Shown: one piece after another, positions 34,301 to 47,045 of the stretch | Numbering within the stretch: position 1 is the stretch's first letter | Layout: every line of letters begins with the position of its first letter | Origin: Macrostomum hystrix | Lineage: Eukaryota > Animalia > Platyhelminthes | Assembly (NCBI GenBank): GCA_950097015.1 | Contig: CATNEN010000009.1 | Span: 372,001 to 436,000, forward strand | Direction: 5' to 3' | DNA length: 64,000 bases | Notes under the pieces: model-generated | What the model saw: only the letters and a program-made list of their open reading frames with translations | What the model was told of the DNA's origin: nothing | The model's database searches: none | Translations under genes and position numbers: made by a program

Positions 34301-37300
34301 ATTCGGACTGTTTATGGATAGTGTCGAAGTCATAGCATGACTATAGGTGCTTTACATCTCTCGCATTAATCAGGAGGTCCCTATTCAGCACGAAAGTTCA
34401 CGCTCAGGGAGCTCAGACCCACCGGGGATCGCTGGAATGATTCGGTCAGGCCCAGCCGGTAGAGGTCCGCCAGCGAGTCAGAGGCGGGTCGGCGCTGCGA
34501 GCTGTGCAGCCGAAGGAGGTCACAAACTTGTCGTGGCTCGTCGAAGAAGCCACGCAGAAGCACCCTCATCTGCGAGGCATCGATTGAATCAGTTGAGAGC
34601 AGCGAGGTCAATGTTCTGTGAATGCAGGCAATGAGTGCAATGACCTTCAATGCAATGCGACCTGAAGGGTTTTGTCAGCGGTTCATGGAAAAGCGAGATT
34701 GTCCTACCGAAACAGAAACTGCGGCCTGTTGCCGCTCATCACTGTGATGGGCACGAAACCAGACGACACCCAGGGACTCTGCAGAGCAGATGGATGCATT
34801 CGATGCACTTAACAGTTAAATAGGCTAATGAGCAGCTTTTGGCTAACAGAGTCGCGACCTGATCACCAGATGCAGTGCTCACCTGACTGCTTCGGAAGCT
34901 GATCCGAGCAGGATTGTCGCAGGCGCACACGTTGCCGCTGAAACCGTCAACGAGGCCGCAGAATCGTCGCCTTCTCAGGGTCTCCTCGCCTGGCGGCCAG
35001 CTGGGGCACAGCTGGTCTGTGGGGGTCCGGTGCGGGTCTCGCTTGGACTGCAACCAACAAACTAAGCAAAACTCCCATCACACTGCAAAATCCTAACCGT
35101 CTTCCGCAGTCAAGCCGATGGTTGCCTCGAGTCCGAGAGGGTGTCCCGGAACCTGCGAGAGCTGCTCCGTCAGCCGACCAACTGAAAGGATGCGCTTCAT
35201 CTTAAAATACGTGAGGGCTCATGAAGCCAACTCGCTCATGCTGTTGATGCGAGCATTTACGCTCGTACTAGTTGAAGATAACTCAATCTTGGCTTGGCCC
35301 AGCTACTTGTACCAGAATGGAACTCACTCTTGGCCAGAGGCACCCAGCTACTTGTACCAGAATGGAACTCACTCTTGGCCAGAGGCACCCAGCTACTTGT
35401 ACCAGAATGGAACTCACTCTTGGCCAGAGGCACCCAGCTACTTGTACCAGAATGGAACTCACTCTTGGCCAGAGACACCCAGCTACTTGTACCAGAATGG
35501 AACTCACTCTTGGCTTGGCCCAGCTACTTGTACCAGAATGGAACTCACTCTTGGCCAGAGACACCAGAGCCCAAAGCCTCCCTGGCTTCAGTTGGTGGAA
35601 CAGGCGACCTCCCTGAGCTGCCAGTGCTGAAGCTCCCGGATCCGTGCCGCGAATCCGATGGCCGGACTGAAAGTCCAGCGGAAAGAGCTACAAATGTCGT
35701 CTCGACTCGAAGCAAGCAACTGGAAAGTGAATTCTCACCGCGGCTGCCAGGACCAGAATCCGGCCAGAAGCGATGCTACTCAACACCTCCGCCACTTCCT
35801 CGAGATCGCCGAGCGTCCTGTGTCCCATCAGAGATGCCTGCGGAGTTGCCACAGAGAATTAGATTTTTAGCAGCACCAAGCCTCAAAGTTGTGATTTCGG
35901 CTTGATAAATTTAACCAACGAATACTTACAGTCGCCTGATTGAGAACGATTAGATGCATGCCTGGAGCGGAGTGATTCACTAGCTGGAACGATGGAGCTC
36001 GGAATTTTAAGTGATGATTGGGCGGAGGACTCACCTGGCCATCATCTACCAGCCTCAACAGCAACTAGCAGATGCAGCAGCACCTACAAGATGCAGCAGC
36101 ACCTACAAGATGCAGCAGCACCTACAAGATGCAGCAGCACCTACAAGATGCAGCATTATCTAGTAGATTCCTGAGCACCCACCAGACCAGTCCCACAGCC
36201 GACTAGCTCACCAACACATCATCGACAGCCAAGGCAGTGAAGTTTCCGCCAGTCCAGAGCCGCAGTCTGACGCGCTGCCGCTGCGTTAAGCCACCCTCCG
36301 CCGAGGACTCCGGCGGCAGCTGCCGGATCTGCCGAAATCTGCCGCTGGCTGAGTCGAGGCTTCCTGAAAAAGGCACTGCTACTATAAGTACATCGTAAAT
36401 GTATCTTATTTATTTTAGCGCAGGTGTTCGCGACGGAGCAATTAATGCGGATGCCCAGACGAGATTCAGAATTCAGAAGGAACTTGGTATTGGTCTTCAG
36501 GATTCAGGATTAATCTGGTCTTCAGGATTAATCTTCAGGATTGGTATTGATCTTCAGGATTGGGATTGATCTTCAGGATTGGTATTGATCTTCAAGATTG
36601 GTATTGTTTTTCAGGATTGGGATTGAGCTTCAGGACTGTGATCATGCCTTGAACTATGGAAATGACGCGCAATCCCTGAAGAATTTTACCGCGTCCATCT
36701 GCAGCCAGAATCGGGCAAATGAAATCAGCCTGTTTGCTAAACGCATCCCCGCCCACTGTGAAATCTTCCGGACCACCCAGCCGAGCCTGCAGGATGACGA
36801 TATCGCAGTAAATTGGACCGAGCTCAAGCCACTTGAGTCAGCAATCCTCCTCAGCGTGCCAATCTTATATGGCGCAATCAGCGTCCCGAGCACCATCGGC
36901 AGCAGCTGCAGTAGCTTCGGCAGCCTCGGCAGGCGAGTTCGGAGCAGGCAAATGTTGGAGTGGCGCCAGCTGAGACTGCGGCGAGGCCAATGGACCGTGA
37001 AATGGACTGCGCCGCCTTCCCCACTTCTCGCATCATCCGGCCAGCCTCCGCTATCGATTTCGCACAGCCCGCCCCACCCACAGCCGAGAAGGAGCCTGGA
37101 GGTCCGGAACTCGCTGGCCCCAGCTCGACCTCATCGTCTCTTCCCTCTTCATCTCACTCCAGCATGCCTCAAGTCTGACTCCTCCGACAAGCCAAGCGGG
37201 CCAGCCATCTCCGCTGCTGGGATTTGGAGCCCCACCTCCGCCGCCGCACTCCTCCCGAGAGCAGTGCTCAGAGCAAAGAAAAGTGGAGCTTTTGGGACGG

Positions 37301-40300
37301 CTGGCTCAGTGGTCCTTTCTAGACTGCAGGTCCGGAATCTACCCTGGCCGCTCAAGAGGAGCTTCCGAGAGCGAGCTGGGGGGGGGGCAGGAGCACTTTC
37401 CCCCCTGCTTTTGTAGCCCCGATTTTTATATCCGGCCCTCCTGCCAGCTCAAGCCAAAGTTGAGCCAGCTGCCACCGTGAGCCCCGCCAATTCTCCCGAA
37501 GCAAAGTTCATCAGACCCTCGATGGCCTGGATCCTCATTCATCACCAGGGCGCGCTGGATTCGAGCCCAGACCGTCTCAGCTGCAGCACCATCACGGACA
37601 AAGAGCTTCCATCTCACTTTCTCCAGCACCATCACGGACAAAGAGCTTGCATCTCACTTTCTCCCCGCTTCTCGCATCTAAGCCTCGCCGCTGACTCATC
37701 GCTGATGCGGAATCGAGCTGACAGCGGCCGCATCGCTGGGTGCCGTCACGCAAAGCCCCCGCCTTCCAGGCCCATCTGCATCGGAATCGCTGAGCCCCAG
37801 CTGTCAGCTTCAATTCTCTGTCAAAGCGGGAGCTGAGGGGGGTTGAACTACTTTCTGGAAATTTCAACCGAGCTCAGCACTCGTGGGATTCATCCTGTGC
37901 GAACTCCCCCACCCTTCTCATTTTGCATTCACTGCAGTGAGGGACTACGGGGTGACAACAGTCTATAGCTAAATGCAAATCCAAACTATCGCTTCTCCGA
38001 CTCTTAAGTCGGGACTACTCAGCTAAAAGTGATCTGAGGTTGAGCGTCCCAACGCTCCGACTTTGATCGTTGGGACCTCTGGTTGGGTTTGAGATTGTGT
38101 TAGTGCTCAGTGCTCAATCAACAACAATGAAGGCTTGCAAGACACCTCAGCCCTCAGTTCCTACACCCGCCCTCCACATAGACACCCCAGCCTTCAGTTC
38201 CTACACCCGCCCTCCACATAGACACCCCAGCCCTCAGTTCCTACACCCGCCCTCCACATAGACACCCCAGCCCTCAGTTCCTACACCCGCCCTCCACATA
38301 GACACCCCAGCCTTCAGTTCCTACACCCGCCCTCCACATAGACACCCCAGCCCTCAGTTCCTACACCCGCCCTCCACATAGACACCCCAGCCCTCAGTTC
38401 CTACACCCGCCCTCCACATAGACACCCCAGCCTTCAGTTCCTACACCCGCCCTCCACATAGACACCCCAGCCCTCAGTTCCTACACCCGCCCTCCACATA
38501 GACACCCCAGCCCTCAGTTCCTACACCCGCCCTCCACATAGACACCCCAGCCCTCAGTTCCTACACCCGCCCTCCACATAGACACCCCAGCCCTCAGTTC
38601 CTACACCCGCGCTCCACATAGACACCCCAGCCTTCAGTTCCTACACCCGCCCTCCACATAGACACCCCAGCCTTCAGTTCCTACACCCGCCCTCCACATA
38701 GACACCCCAGCCTTCAGTTCCTACACCCGCCCTCCACATAGACACCCCAGCCTTCAGTTCCTACACCCGCCCTCCACATAGACACCCCAGCCTTCAGTTC
38801 CTACACCCGCCCTCCACATAGACACCCCAGCCTTCAGTTCCTACACCCGCCCTCCACATAGACACCCCAGCCTTCAGTTCCTACACCCGCCCTCCACCCA
38901 GACACCCCAACCCTCAGTTCCTACACCCGCCCTCCACCCAGACACCCCAGCCCTCAGTTCCTACACCCGCCCTACACATAGACACCCCAGCCCTCAGTTC
39001 CTACACCCGCCCTCCACATAGACACCCCAGCCTTCAGTTCCTACACCCGCCCTCCACATAGACACCCCAGCCCTCAGTTCCTACACCCGCCCTCCACATA
39101 GACACCCCAGCCCTCAGTTCCTACACCCGCCCTACACATAGACACCCCAGCCCTCAGTTCCTACACCCGCCCTACACATAGACACCCCAGCCCTCAGTTC
39201 CTACACCCGCCCTCCACCCAGACACCCCAGCCCTCAGTTCCTACATCCGCCCTCCACCCAGACACCCCAGCCCTCAGTTCCTACACCCGCCCTCCACATA
39301 GACACCCCAGCCCTCAGTTCCTACACACGCCCTCCACCCAGACACCCCAGCCCTCAGTTCCTACACCCGCCCTACACATAGACACCCCAGCCCTCAGTTC
39401 CTACACCCGCCCTCCCCCAGACACCCCAGCCCTCAGTTCCTACACCCGCCCTCCAGCCAGACACCCTAGCCCTCAGTTCCTACACCCGCCCTCCACCCAG
39501 ACACCCCAGCCCTCAGTTCCTACACACGCCCTCCACCCAGACACCCCAGCCCTCAGTTCCTACACCCGCCCTCCACATAGACACCCCAGCCCTCAGTTCC
39601 TACACCCGCCCTACACATAGACACCCCAGCCCTCAGTTCCTACACCCGCCCTCCACATAGACACCCCAGCCCTCAGTTCCTACACCCGCCCTCCACATAG
39701 ACACCCCAGCCCTCAGTTCCTACACCCGCCCTCCACCCAGACACCCCAGCCCTCAGTTCCTTCACCCGCCCTACACATAGACACCCCAGCCCTCAGTTCC
39801 TACACCCGCCCTCCCCCCAGACACCCCAGCCCTCAGTTCCTACACCCGCCCTCCAGCCAGACACCCCAGCCCTCATTTCCTACACCCGCCCTCCACCCAG
39901 ACACCCCAGCCCTCATTTCCTACACCCGCCCTACACATAGACACCCCAGCCCTCAGTTCCTACACCCGCCCTCCCCCCAGACACCCCAGCCCTCAGTTCC
40001 TACACCCGCCCTCCAGCCAGACACCCCAGCCCTCAGTTCCTACACCCGCCCTCCCCCCAGACACCCCAGCCCTCAGTTCCTACACCCGCCCTCCAGCCAG
40101 ACACCCCAGCCCTCAGTTCCTACACCCGCCCTCCCCCCAGACACCCCAGCCCTCAGTTCCTACACCCGCCCTCCAGCCAGACACCCCAGCCCTCATTTCC
40201 CGAACGCACAGCTCAGTCCCACCCATTTTTGTGCTGTTTCTGTGCTCACCCGCTATCACTGAGCAGCCTTACAGATGCCTTCAAACGAAGTTCCTTTGAT

Positions 40301-43300
40301 TGAGCCGCCCACCTCATCCAGGTCGGCTGATCTTGCTGTGCTTCAGCAGCCCGGAGGTGCCATGCTCAACTGCTGCAACTCTGCTAGCCCAAGCATTCAG
40401 TTTCCCTCTGCAAGGCTGCTTTTGTCCCCATTCGTGTCTAACGGTCCAGTCAAAGTGAAGCGTAAAACGCTGAGCAATGCTCGCTAATCTGCTCAGCATC
40501 TCGGTAGTTAGCTTCATCAGCGGGGACTCAGGTGCCTCAGCGCATGTATTTCTGCACTCAACGGTTTGCTTAGCATTAGCCTAGCTCAATTATCCTGCTA
40601 AAGATTGGCTCTGTGAGCCACTCCGTCCTCACCAGTAATTAAGCTATTTGTCTCACAACTGGCCTGCCTGCTCATAACTACATGCCGTCAGCTGCCCAAA
40701 CAGAATTGGCATACACTTTGCTCAGAGCAGCTTTGATTGACAGGTGATTGGCAGTTCAATGTTACACTTCGAATACATGAATAATTTCCCTGGTAATTGC
40801 TTCAGTGGTGGCTAATAACTAAACGATTATCGATGCAGGCTCCTCATCCCTATAGATTCGCGATAAACCAAAGCAATTAAATAACCCCACCATCAGCTCA
40901 ATTTCTAAAATGCCTTCGCCCCACTTCCCTATACCTAACCTGCCTGCCCTGCTCAATTTGCTCAACTCTCCGTCTCACCTTGCCCTGCTCTCTCCTTTGG
41001 TCTCACCCTACTATCTCCTTCTGTCTCACCCTGCCCTGCTCTCTCCTTCTGTCTCACCCTACTATCTCCTTCTGTCTCACCTTGCCCTGCTCTCTCCTTT
41101 GGTCTCACCCTACTATCTCCTTCTGTCTCACCCTGCCCTGCTCTCTCCTTCTGTCTCACCCTACTCTCTCCTTCTGTCTCACCTTGCCCTGCTCTCTCCT
41201 TCTGTCTCACCCTACTCTCTCCTTCTGTCTCACCCTGCCCTGCTCTCTCCTTCTGTCTCACCCTACTCTCTCCTTCTGTCTCACCCTGCCCTGCTCTCTC
41301 CTTCTGTCTCACCCTACTCTCTCCTTCTGTCTCACCTTGCCCTGCTCAATTGGCTCAACTCTCTGTCTCACCTTGCCCTGCTCTCTCCTTTGGTCTCACC
41401 CTACTATCTCCTTCTGTCTCACTCTGCCCTGCTCTATCCTTCTGTCTCACTCTACTATCTCCTTCTGTCTCACCCTGCCCTGCTCTATCCTTCTGTCTCA
41501 CTCTGCCCTGCTCTATCCTTCTGTCTCACTCTGCCCTGCTCTATCCTTCTGTCTCACTCTGCTATCTCCTTCTGTCTCACCTTGCCCTGCTCTCTCCTTT
41601 GGTCTCACCCTACTATCTCCTTCTGTCTCACCCTGCCCTGCTCTATCCTTCTGTCTTACCCTGCCCTGCTCTATCCTTCTGTCTCACTCTTCTATCTCCT
41701 TCTGTCTCACTCTGCCCTGCTCTATCCTTCTGTCTTACCCTGCCCTGCTCTATCCTTTGGTCTCACCCTACTATCTCCTTCTGTCTCACCCTGCCCTGCT
41801 CTATCCTTCTGTCTCACTCTGCCCTGCTCTCTCCTTCTGTCTCACTCTGCCCTGCTCTATCCTTCTGTCTCACTCTGCCCTGCTCTCTCCTTCTGTCTCA
41901 CTCTGCCCTGCTCTATCCTTCTGTCTCACTCTACTATCTCCTTCTGTCTCACCCTGCCCTGCTCTATCCTTTGGTCTCACCCTACTATCTCCTTCTGTCT
42001 CACCCTGCCCTGCTCTCTCCTTCTGTCTCACTCTGCCCTGCTCTATCCTTTGGTCTCACCCTACTATCTCCTTCTGTCTCACCCTGCCCTGCTCAACTGG
42101 CTCAACTCTCTGTATCACACTACTCTCTCCTTCTGTGACACACCGGATCCCAGCAATCCCGCAAGCAGTCCAGGCCCAGCAGCTCACAAGGCTAGAATCA
42201 GGAAACGTTAGCTGGCTTCAGTCGCCAGCTCTAGCAGCCGCTGACCCACCCGCCTGCAGCCCGCATCGTCCGAGGCCGCCTGGCTTTGATTTCGGTCGCA
42301 GCTCAGCTGGCACTCCTCCGGGCTGCGTGCTGCGGGCGCACTCGATGAATTATTCACACTTGGATGGCGGCGCCTACTCAGCCTGGCTGCCGTGTTTTCC
42401 CCGAAGACCTCCGCCGCTCTCACTATCTCTCCCCTGCTCCACGCTGGATGGGAGAGCGGCTGGGATAAGAAGAGAGAGTTTGGGGTGACAAGCGGCTGAC
42501 GGGAGCAAAGAGGATAAGCTTGTACTCGGCAGAGGAGGCTCGATTGCTCACAGGGAGTGAGATATAGCGGTGACACAGGTTGAATAGGGCTTGAAGACAT
42601 GAATACGGGCGGGAGAACATGAAATATGTCGGGCGGGGAGAACATGAAATATTTCGGGTGGGGAGAACTCGTCCTGTTGGGCAGAGACATTGAATGTGAT
42701 TTAGTGGACATTGCATGCGATGCAGAGGACATTGCATGCGATGCAGAGGACATTGCATGCGATGCAGAGGGCATTTAAGTGGACATCGGCTCACGTGATG
42801 CGTCGGTCTCGGAGCTCGCAGGACGCCGGCAGTGGAGCAGCAGGAGTCCCGGTGACAGCAGTACGGTTGAGGCCAGAGCCAGAGCGAGAATGGACTAAAA
42901 TGTTTTGTTTATTATTTATTTAATGGCGACAAACCCAGGTTCATCTTGCGAGTCCGGTGCCTTGGCTCTCATTGGCATGCTCTTGGATCTACCAGGTTCA
43001 GCTTGTGAGTCCGGTGCCTTGGCTCTCATTGGCATGCTATTGGATCTACCAGATTCAGCTTGTGAGTCCGGTGCCTTGGCTCTCATTGGCATGCTCTTGG
43101 ATCTACCAGGTTCAGCTTGTGAGTCCGGTGCCTTGGCTCTCATTGGCATGCTATTGGATCTACCAGATTCAGCTTGTGAGTCCGGTGCCTTGACTCTCAT
43201 TGGCATGCTATTGGATCTACCAGGTTCAGCTTGTGAGTCCGGTGCCTTGACTCTCATTGGCATGCTATTGGATCTACTTAATTCCATTCAATTCACAATA

Positions 43301-43337
43301 CCAGAATGCACCGCCTCAGCAACAGCAAGCGGAACAT
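31378..43337 (-). CDS. POMGNT1: POMGNT1-like GT13 glycosyltransferase (type II TM, ILEI/PANDER stem, GT-A domain), ~635 aa, divergent active site
   Basis: 16 phase-consistent exons: 43337-43302, 42894-42795 (TM), 36363-36212, 35983-35930 (GMHLIVLNQAT), 35837-35739, 35666-35549, 35181-35098, 35016-34883 (RRRRFC..VDG...CAC), 34778-34708 (VPITVMSGNRPQFL), 34615-34423, 34288-34157 (ILLEDD...FCVSAWNE), 34067-33945 (DPRLLYRV), 33541-33297, 32760-32613, 31824-31668, 31439-31378. Colinear with human POMGNT1 as I recall it. Exons 1, 2 and 16 are the least certain. Confidence 0.88.
31965..32540. repeat. 21-bp minisatellite TTGAGAATAGACTCATCTACA
   Basis: Array in POMGNT1-like intron 14. Confidence 0.93.
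32785..33300. repeat. 52-bp palindrome-rich minisatellite (~9.5 copies)
   Basis: Unit TCTAGAGTGCACTCTGCAGATCTCTCGAAACCAACTCATCAAACAGAACCTG, in intron 13, overlapping the exon 13 3' end. Confidence 0.95.
35285..35560. repeat. 45-bp minisatellite (6 copies) containing the exon 6 splice donor
   Basis: Minus-strand unit CTGGCCAAGA|GTGAGTTCCATTCTGGTACAAGTAGCTGGGTGCCT. Confidence 0.95.
38145..40200. repeat. 40-bp minisatellite CCTCAGTTCCTACACCCGCCCTCCACATAGACACCCCAGC (~51 copies)
   Basis: C-rich tandem array in POMGNT1-like intron 2. Confidence 0.97.
40965..42135. repeat. Pyrimidine-rich mosaic minisatellite (CTGTCTCACCCTGCCCTGCTCTCTCCTT and variants)
   Basis: Higher-order mosaic of ~23- and ~28-bp subunits. 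Confidence 0.92.
42940..43278. repeat. 57-bp minisatellite (~6 copies)
   Basis: Fills POMGNT1-like intron 1. Confidence 0.94.
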
Positions 43338-44107
43338 TGCGCAGAAACAAACAGCTATTCCCTTAGATAGTGAATTTTTCTAAAAGAAAGTGACCCGCAT
43401 TGAAGCTCGTCTTTGTTGCTCCTGAGCTGCTCTTTGAGTCCTCTTCTTATTCAAATCCCATCTCTTGCTGGGATTATCTGGGTAAAAAATCGTGAGCTCC
43501 CAAGCAGGCGGTCCCCGCCCACTTCTCCTTCTCTGCTTATTTTCAACTGCGTTTTCAAGCGCATTGCTTCGTGACTGTCCTGAGCACAGGATAAGAATAG
43601 GCCGGTGCTCAGCCCGCTCCGGCTGATAAACTGTCTCCGGAGAGGCTGATTGAGTCCCTTGCCAAGGAAACGGATGGACTGAGCCTGGGCTCACTGGCAG
43701 ACCCGCGCAATCGTCACTCTCGCTGACTGCGCCCGGCCCGCAATCTGCTGTCGACCCGCCCACTCGAAGGCGAGAGGCAGATCACGGAGAGTGGAGTGAT
43801 TTATTGCATGCTGCTCAGCCTCTTATCGCAAAGCCGCAGCATCCAGGCCTGAGTTCGCATCCCTCAACATAAAACTTCGGCTTTCTTGCAACAAAACTAA
43901 TTAGGCAGAACTTCCTCTACCTGAGCGTAGCCAGCTGTTCCCGATAGCTTGTTTTGAAGCCTACCTTTATATTTACAAGTTTAGAATGATGGCCAGACTT
44001 GCACATAAGCTGGCATCGTGGGGCGGAAGGGCACTGCTGCACTCGCAGCAGTGAATACGATTTATAGCTAGCAGTTATTGCCACAAGTTAGCCAGTGGCC
44101 CAGACAC

Positions 44108-45592
44108 AGGAGTATCCAAAATGACACCCGTGTACACAAGAGTATCCAAAATGACACCCGTGTACACAAGAGTATCCAAAAAAACACATGTGTACACAAG
44201 AGTATCCAAAATAACACATGTGTACACAAGAGTATCCAAAATAACACCCGTGTACACAAGAGTATCCAAAATGACACCCGTGTACACAAGAGTATCCAAA
44301 ATAACACATGTGTACACAAGAGTATCCAAAATGACACCCGTGTACACAAGAGTATCCAAAATAACACATGTGTACACAAGAGTATCCAAAATGACACCCG
44401 TGTACACAAGAGTATCCAAAATGACACCCGTGTACACAAGAGTATCCAAACCGGCACTCATGTACTCAGGAGTACCCAAACCGGCACTCATGTACTCAGG
44501 AGTACCCAAACCGGCACTCATGTACTCAGGAGTACCCAAACCGGCACTCATGTACTCAGGAGTACCCAAACCGGCACTCATGTACTCAGGAGTACCCAAA
44601 CCGGCACTCATGTACTCAGGAGTACCCAGACCGGCACTCATGTACTCAGGAGTACCCAAACCGGCACTCATGTACTCAGGAGTACCCAAACCGGCACTCA
44701 TGTACTCAGGAGTACCCAAACCGGCACTCATGTACTCAGGAGTACCCAAACCGGCACTCATGTACTCAGGAGTACCCAAACCGGCACTCATGTACTCAGG
44801 AGTACCCAAACCGGCACTCATGTACTCAGGAGTACCCAAACCGGCACTCATGTACTCAGGAGTACCCAAACCGGCACTCATGTACTCAGGAGTACCCAAA
44901 CCGGCACTCATGTACTCAGGAGTACCCAAACCGGCACTCATGTACTCAGGAGTACCCAAACCGGCACTCATGTACTCAGGAGTACCCAAACCGGCACTCA
45001 TGTACTCAGGAGTACCCAAAACGGCACTCATGTACTCAGGAGTACCCAAACCGGCACTCATGTACTCAGGAGTACCCAAACCGGCACTCATGTACTCAGG
45101 AGTACCCAAACCGGCACTCATGTACTCAGGAGTACCCAAACCGGCACTCATGTACTCAGGAGTACCCAAACCGGCACTCATGTACTCAGGAGTACCCAAA
45201 CCGGCACTCATGTACTCAGGAGTACCCAAACCGGCACTCATGTACTCAGGAGTACCCAAACCGGCACTCATGTACTCAGGAGTACCCAAAACGGCACTCA
45301 TGTACTCAGGAGTACCCAAACCGGCACTCATGTACTCAGGAGTACCCAAACCGGCACTCATGTACTCAGGAGTACCCAAACCGGCACTCATGTACTCAGG
45401 AGTACCCAAACCGGCACTCATGTACTCAGGAGTACCCAAAACGGCACTCATGTACTCAGGAGTACCCAAACCGGCACTCATGTACTCAGGAGTACCCAAA
45501 CCGGCACTCATGTACTCAGGAGTACCCAAACCGGCACTCATGTACTCAGGAGTACCCAAACCGGCACTCATGTACTCAGGAGTACCCAAACC
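44108..45592. repeat. Biphasic 30-bp minisatellite: A-type GAGTATCCAAAATGACACCCGTGTACACAA to ~44450, then B-type GAGTACCCAAACCGGCACTCATGTACTCAG
   Basis: Both blocks have period 30 and are in register; units differ at 8 of 30 positions. Confidence 0.97.
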
Positions 45593-46169
45593 CAAATACT
45601 CCAAATGCGGTGCCTGGTAAAGATGGCGATCAGGGTTGCGAATATTTTCTCTCACTTTTGGCACGACTTGCTGTCCTGTCCGTCGCGGCAGCGGCATGAT
45701 GAGGATCTTGAATGCGAGGATTTTTTCCTATTTTCGTCACCGGGTGGACAAAGGGTATAATTATTATAAGGGCATGGAAGCTCAGCAGCTGAGGGTCTGT
45801 GAAGTGCGGCAGTGATTGTGGGCTCCAAAAAACCGTGATTCTTCACAGATTTGTGCTTCTGCATGCAGTGTGAGATCAGGAAAATAATGACAGCATGGCG
45901 CTTTACCTAACGCCCTCTCAGCCAATGGAGGAAAAGTCGCTCTGGCTGCTTGCCTATTGGCTGTGGCTCGCTTACTCGCCTACTGCAGTTTGATTTCGGC
46001 CAACAACAATTTGCATTTCAGTGGATTTTATTTCGACACCATTTTTATCGCTTCTATCTGGACATTCCTACTTATAGTAGATCACTTGGGAAATTTATTT
46101 CAGGATTCAGGGAAGAGAATCTGAAATAGAGTTCGAATCACAAATTCTCTGTTAAAGAGAGAGAGGGAG

Positions 46170-47045
46170 AACAGAGGGAGAACATAGACAGAACAGAGGT
46201 AGAACAGAGGCAGAACAGAGGGAGAACAGAGGGAGAAAAGAGTCAGAACTGAGGGAGAACAGAGGGAGAACAGAGCGAGAACTGAGGCAAAACTGAGGGA
46301 GAACAGAGGGAGAACAGAGGGAGAACAGAGGCAGAACAGAGGCAGAACAGAGGCAGAACAGAGGGAGAACAGAGGCAGAACATAGACAGAACAGAGGTAG
46401 AACAGAGGCAGAACAGAGGCAGAACAGAGGCAGAACAGAGGTAGAACAGAGGCAGAACATAGACAGAACAGAGGTAGAACAGAGGCAGAACAGAGGCAGA
46501 ACAGAGGTAGAACAGAGGCAGAACAGAGGCAGAACAGAGGGAGAACAGAGGGAGAACTGAGGCAGAACAGAGGCAGAACAGAGGCAGAACAGAGGCAGAA
46601 CAGAGGCAGAACAGAGGGAGAACAGAGGCAGAACAGAGGGAGAACATAGACAGAACAGAGGTAGAACAGAGGCAGAACAGAGGCAGAACAGAGGGAGAAC
46701 AGAGGGAGAACTGAGGCAGAACAGAGGCAGAACAGAGGCAGAACAGAGGCAGAACAGAGGCAGAACAGAGGCAGAACAGAGGGAGAACAGAGGGAGAACA
46801 GAGGGAGAACAGAGGGAGAACTGAGGCAAAACTGAGGGAGAACAGAGGCAGAACAGAGGCAGAACAGAGGCAGAACAGAGGCAGAACAGAGGCAGAACAG
46901 AGGCAGAACAGAGGCAGAACAGAGGCAGAACAGAGGCAGAACAGAGGCAGAACAGAGGCAGAACAGAGGCAGAACAGAGGCAGAACAGAGGCAGAACAGA
47001 GGCAGAACAGAGGCAGAACAGAGGCAGAACAGAGGGAGAGCAGAG
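46170..47045. repeat. 11-bp minisatellite CAGAACAGAGG
   Basis: Tandem purine-rich array grading into GA-rich low-complexity sequence to ~47370. Confidence 0.95.

Noticed and set aside
44032-44071. Helitron 3' end (9-bp GC hairpin CACTGCTGC/GCAGCAGTG followed by CTAG)
   Set aside because: CTAG is followed by C rather than T, and no matching 5' TC terminus or Rep/helicase is visible.
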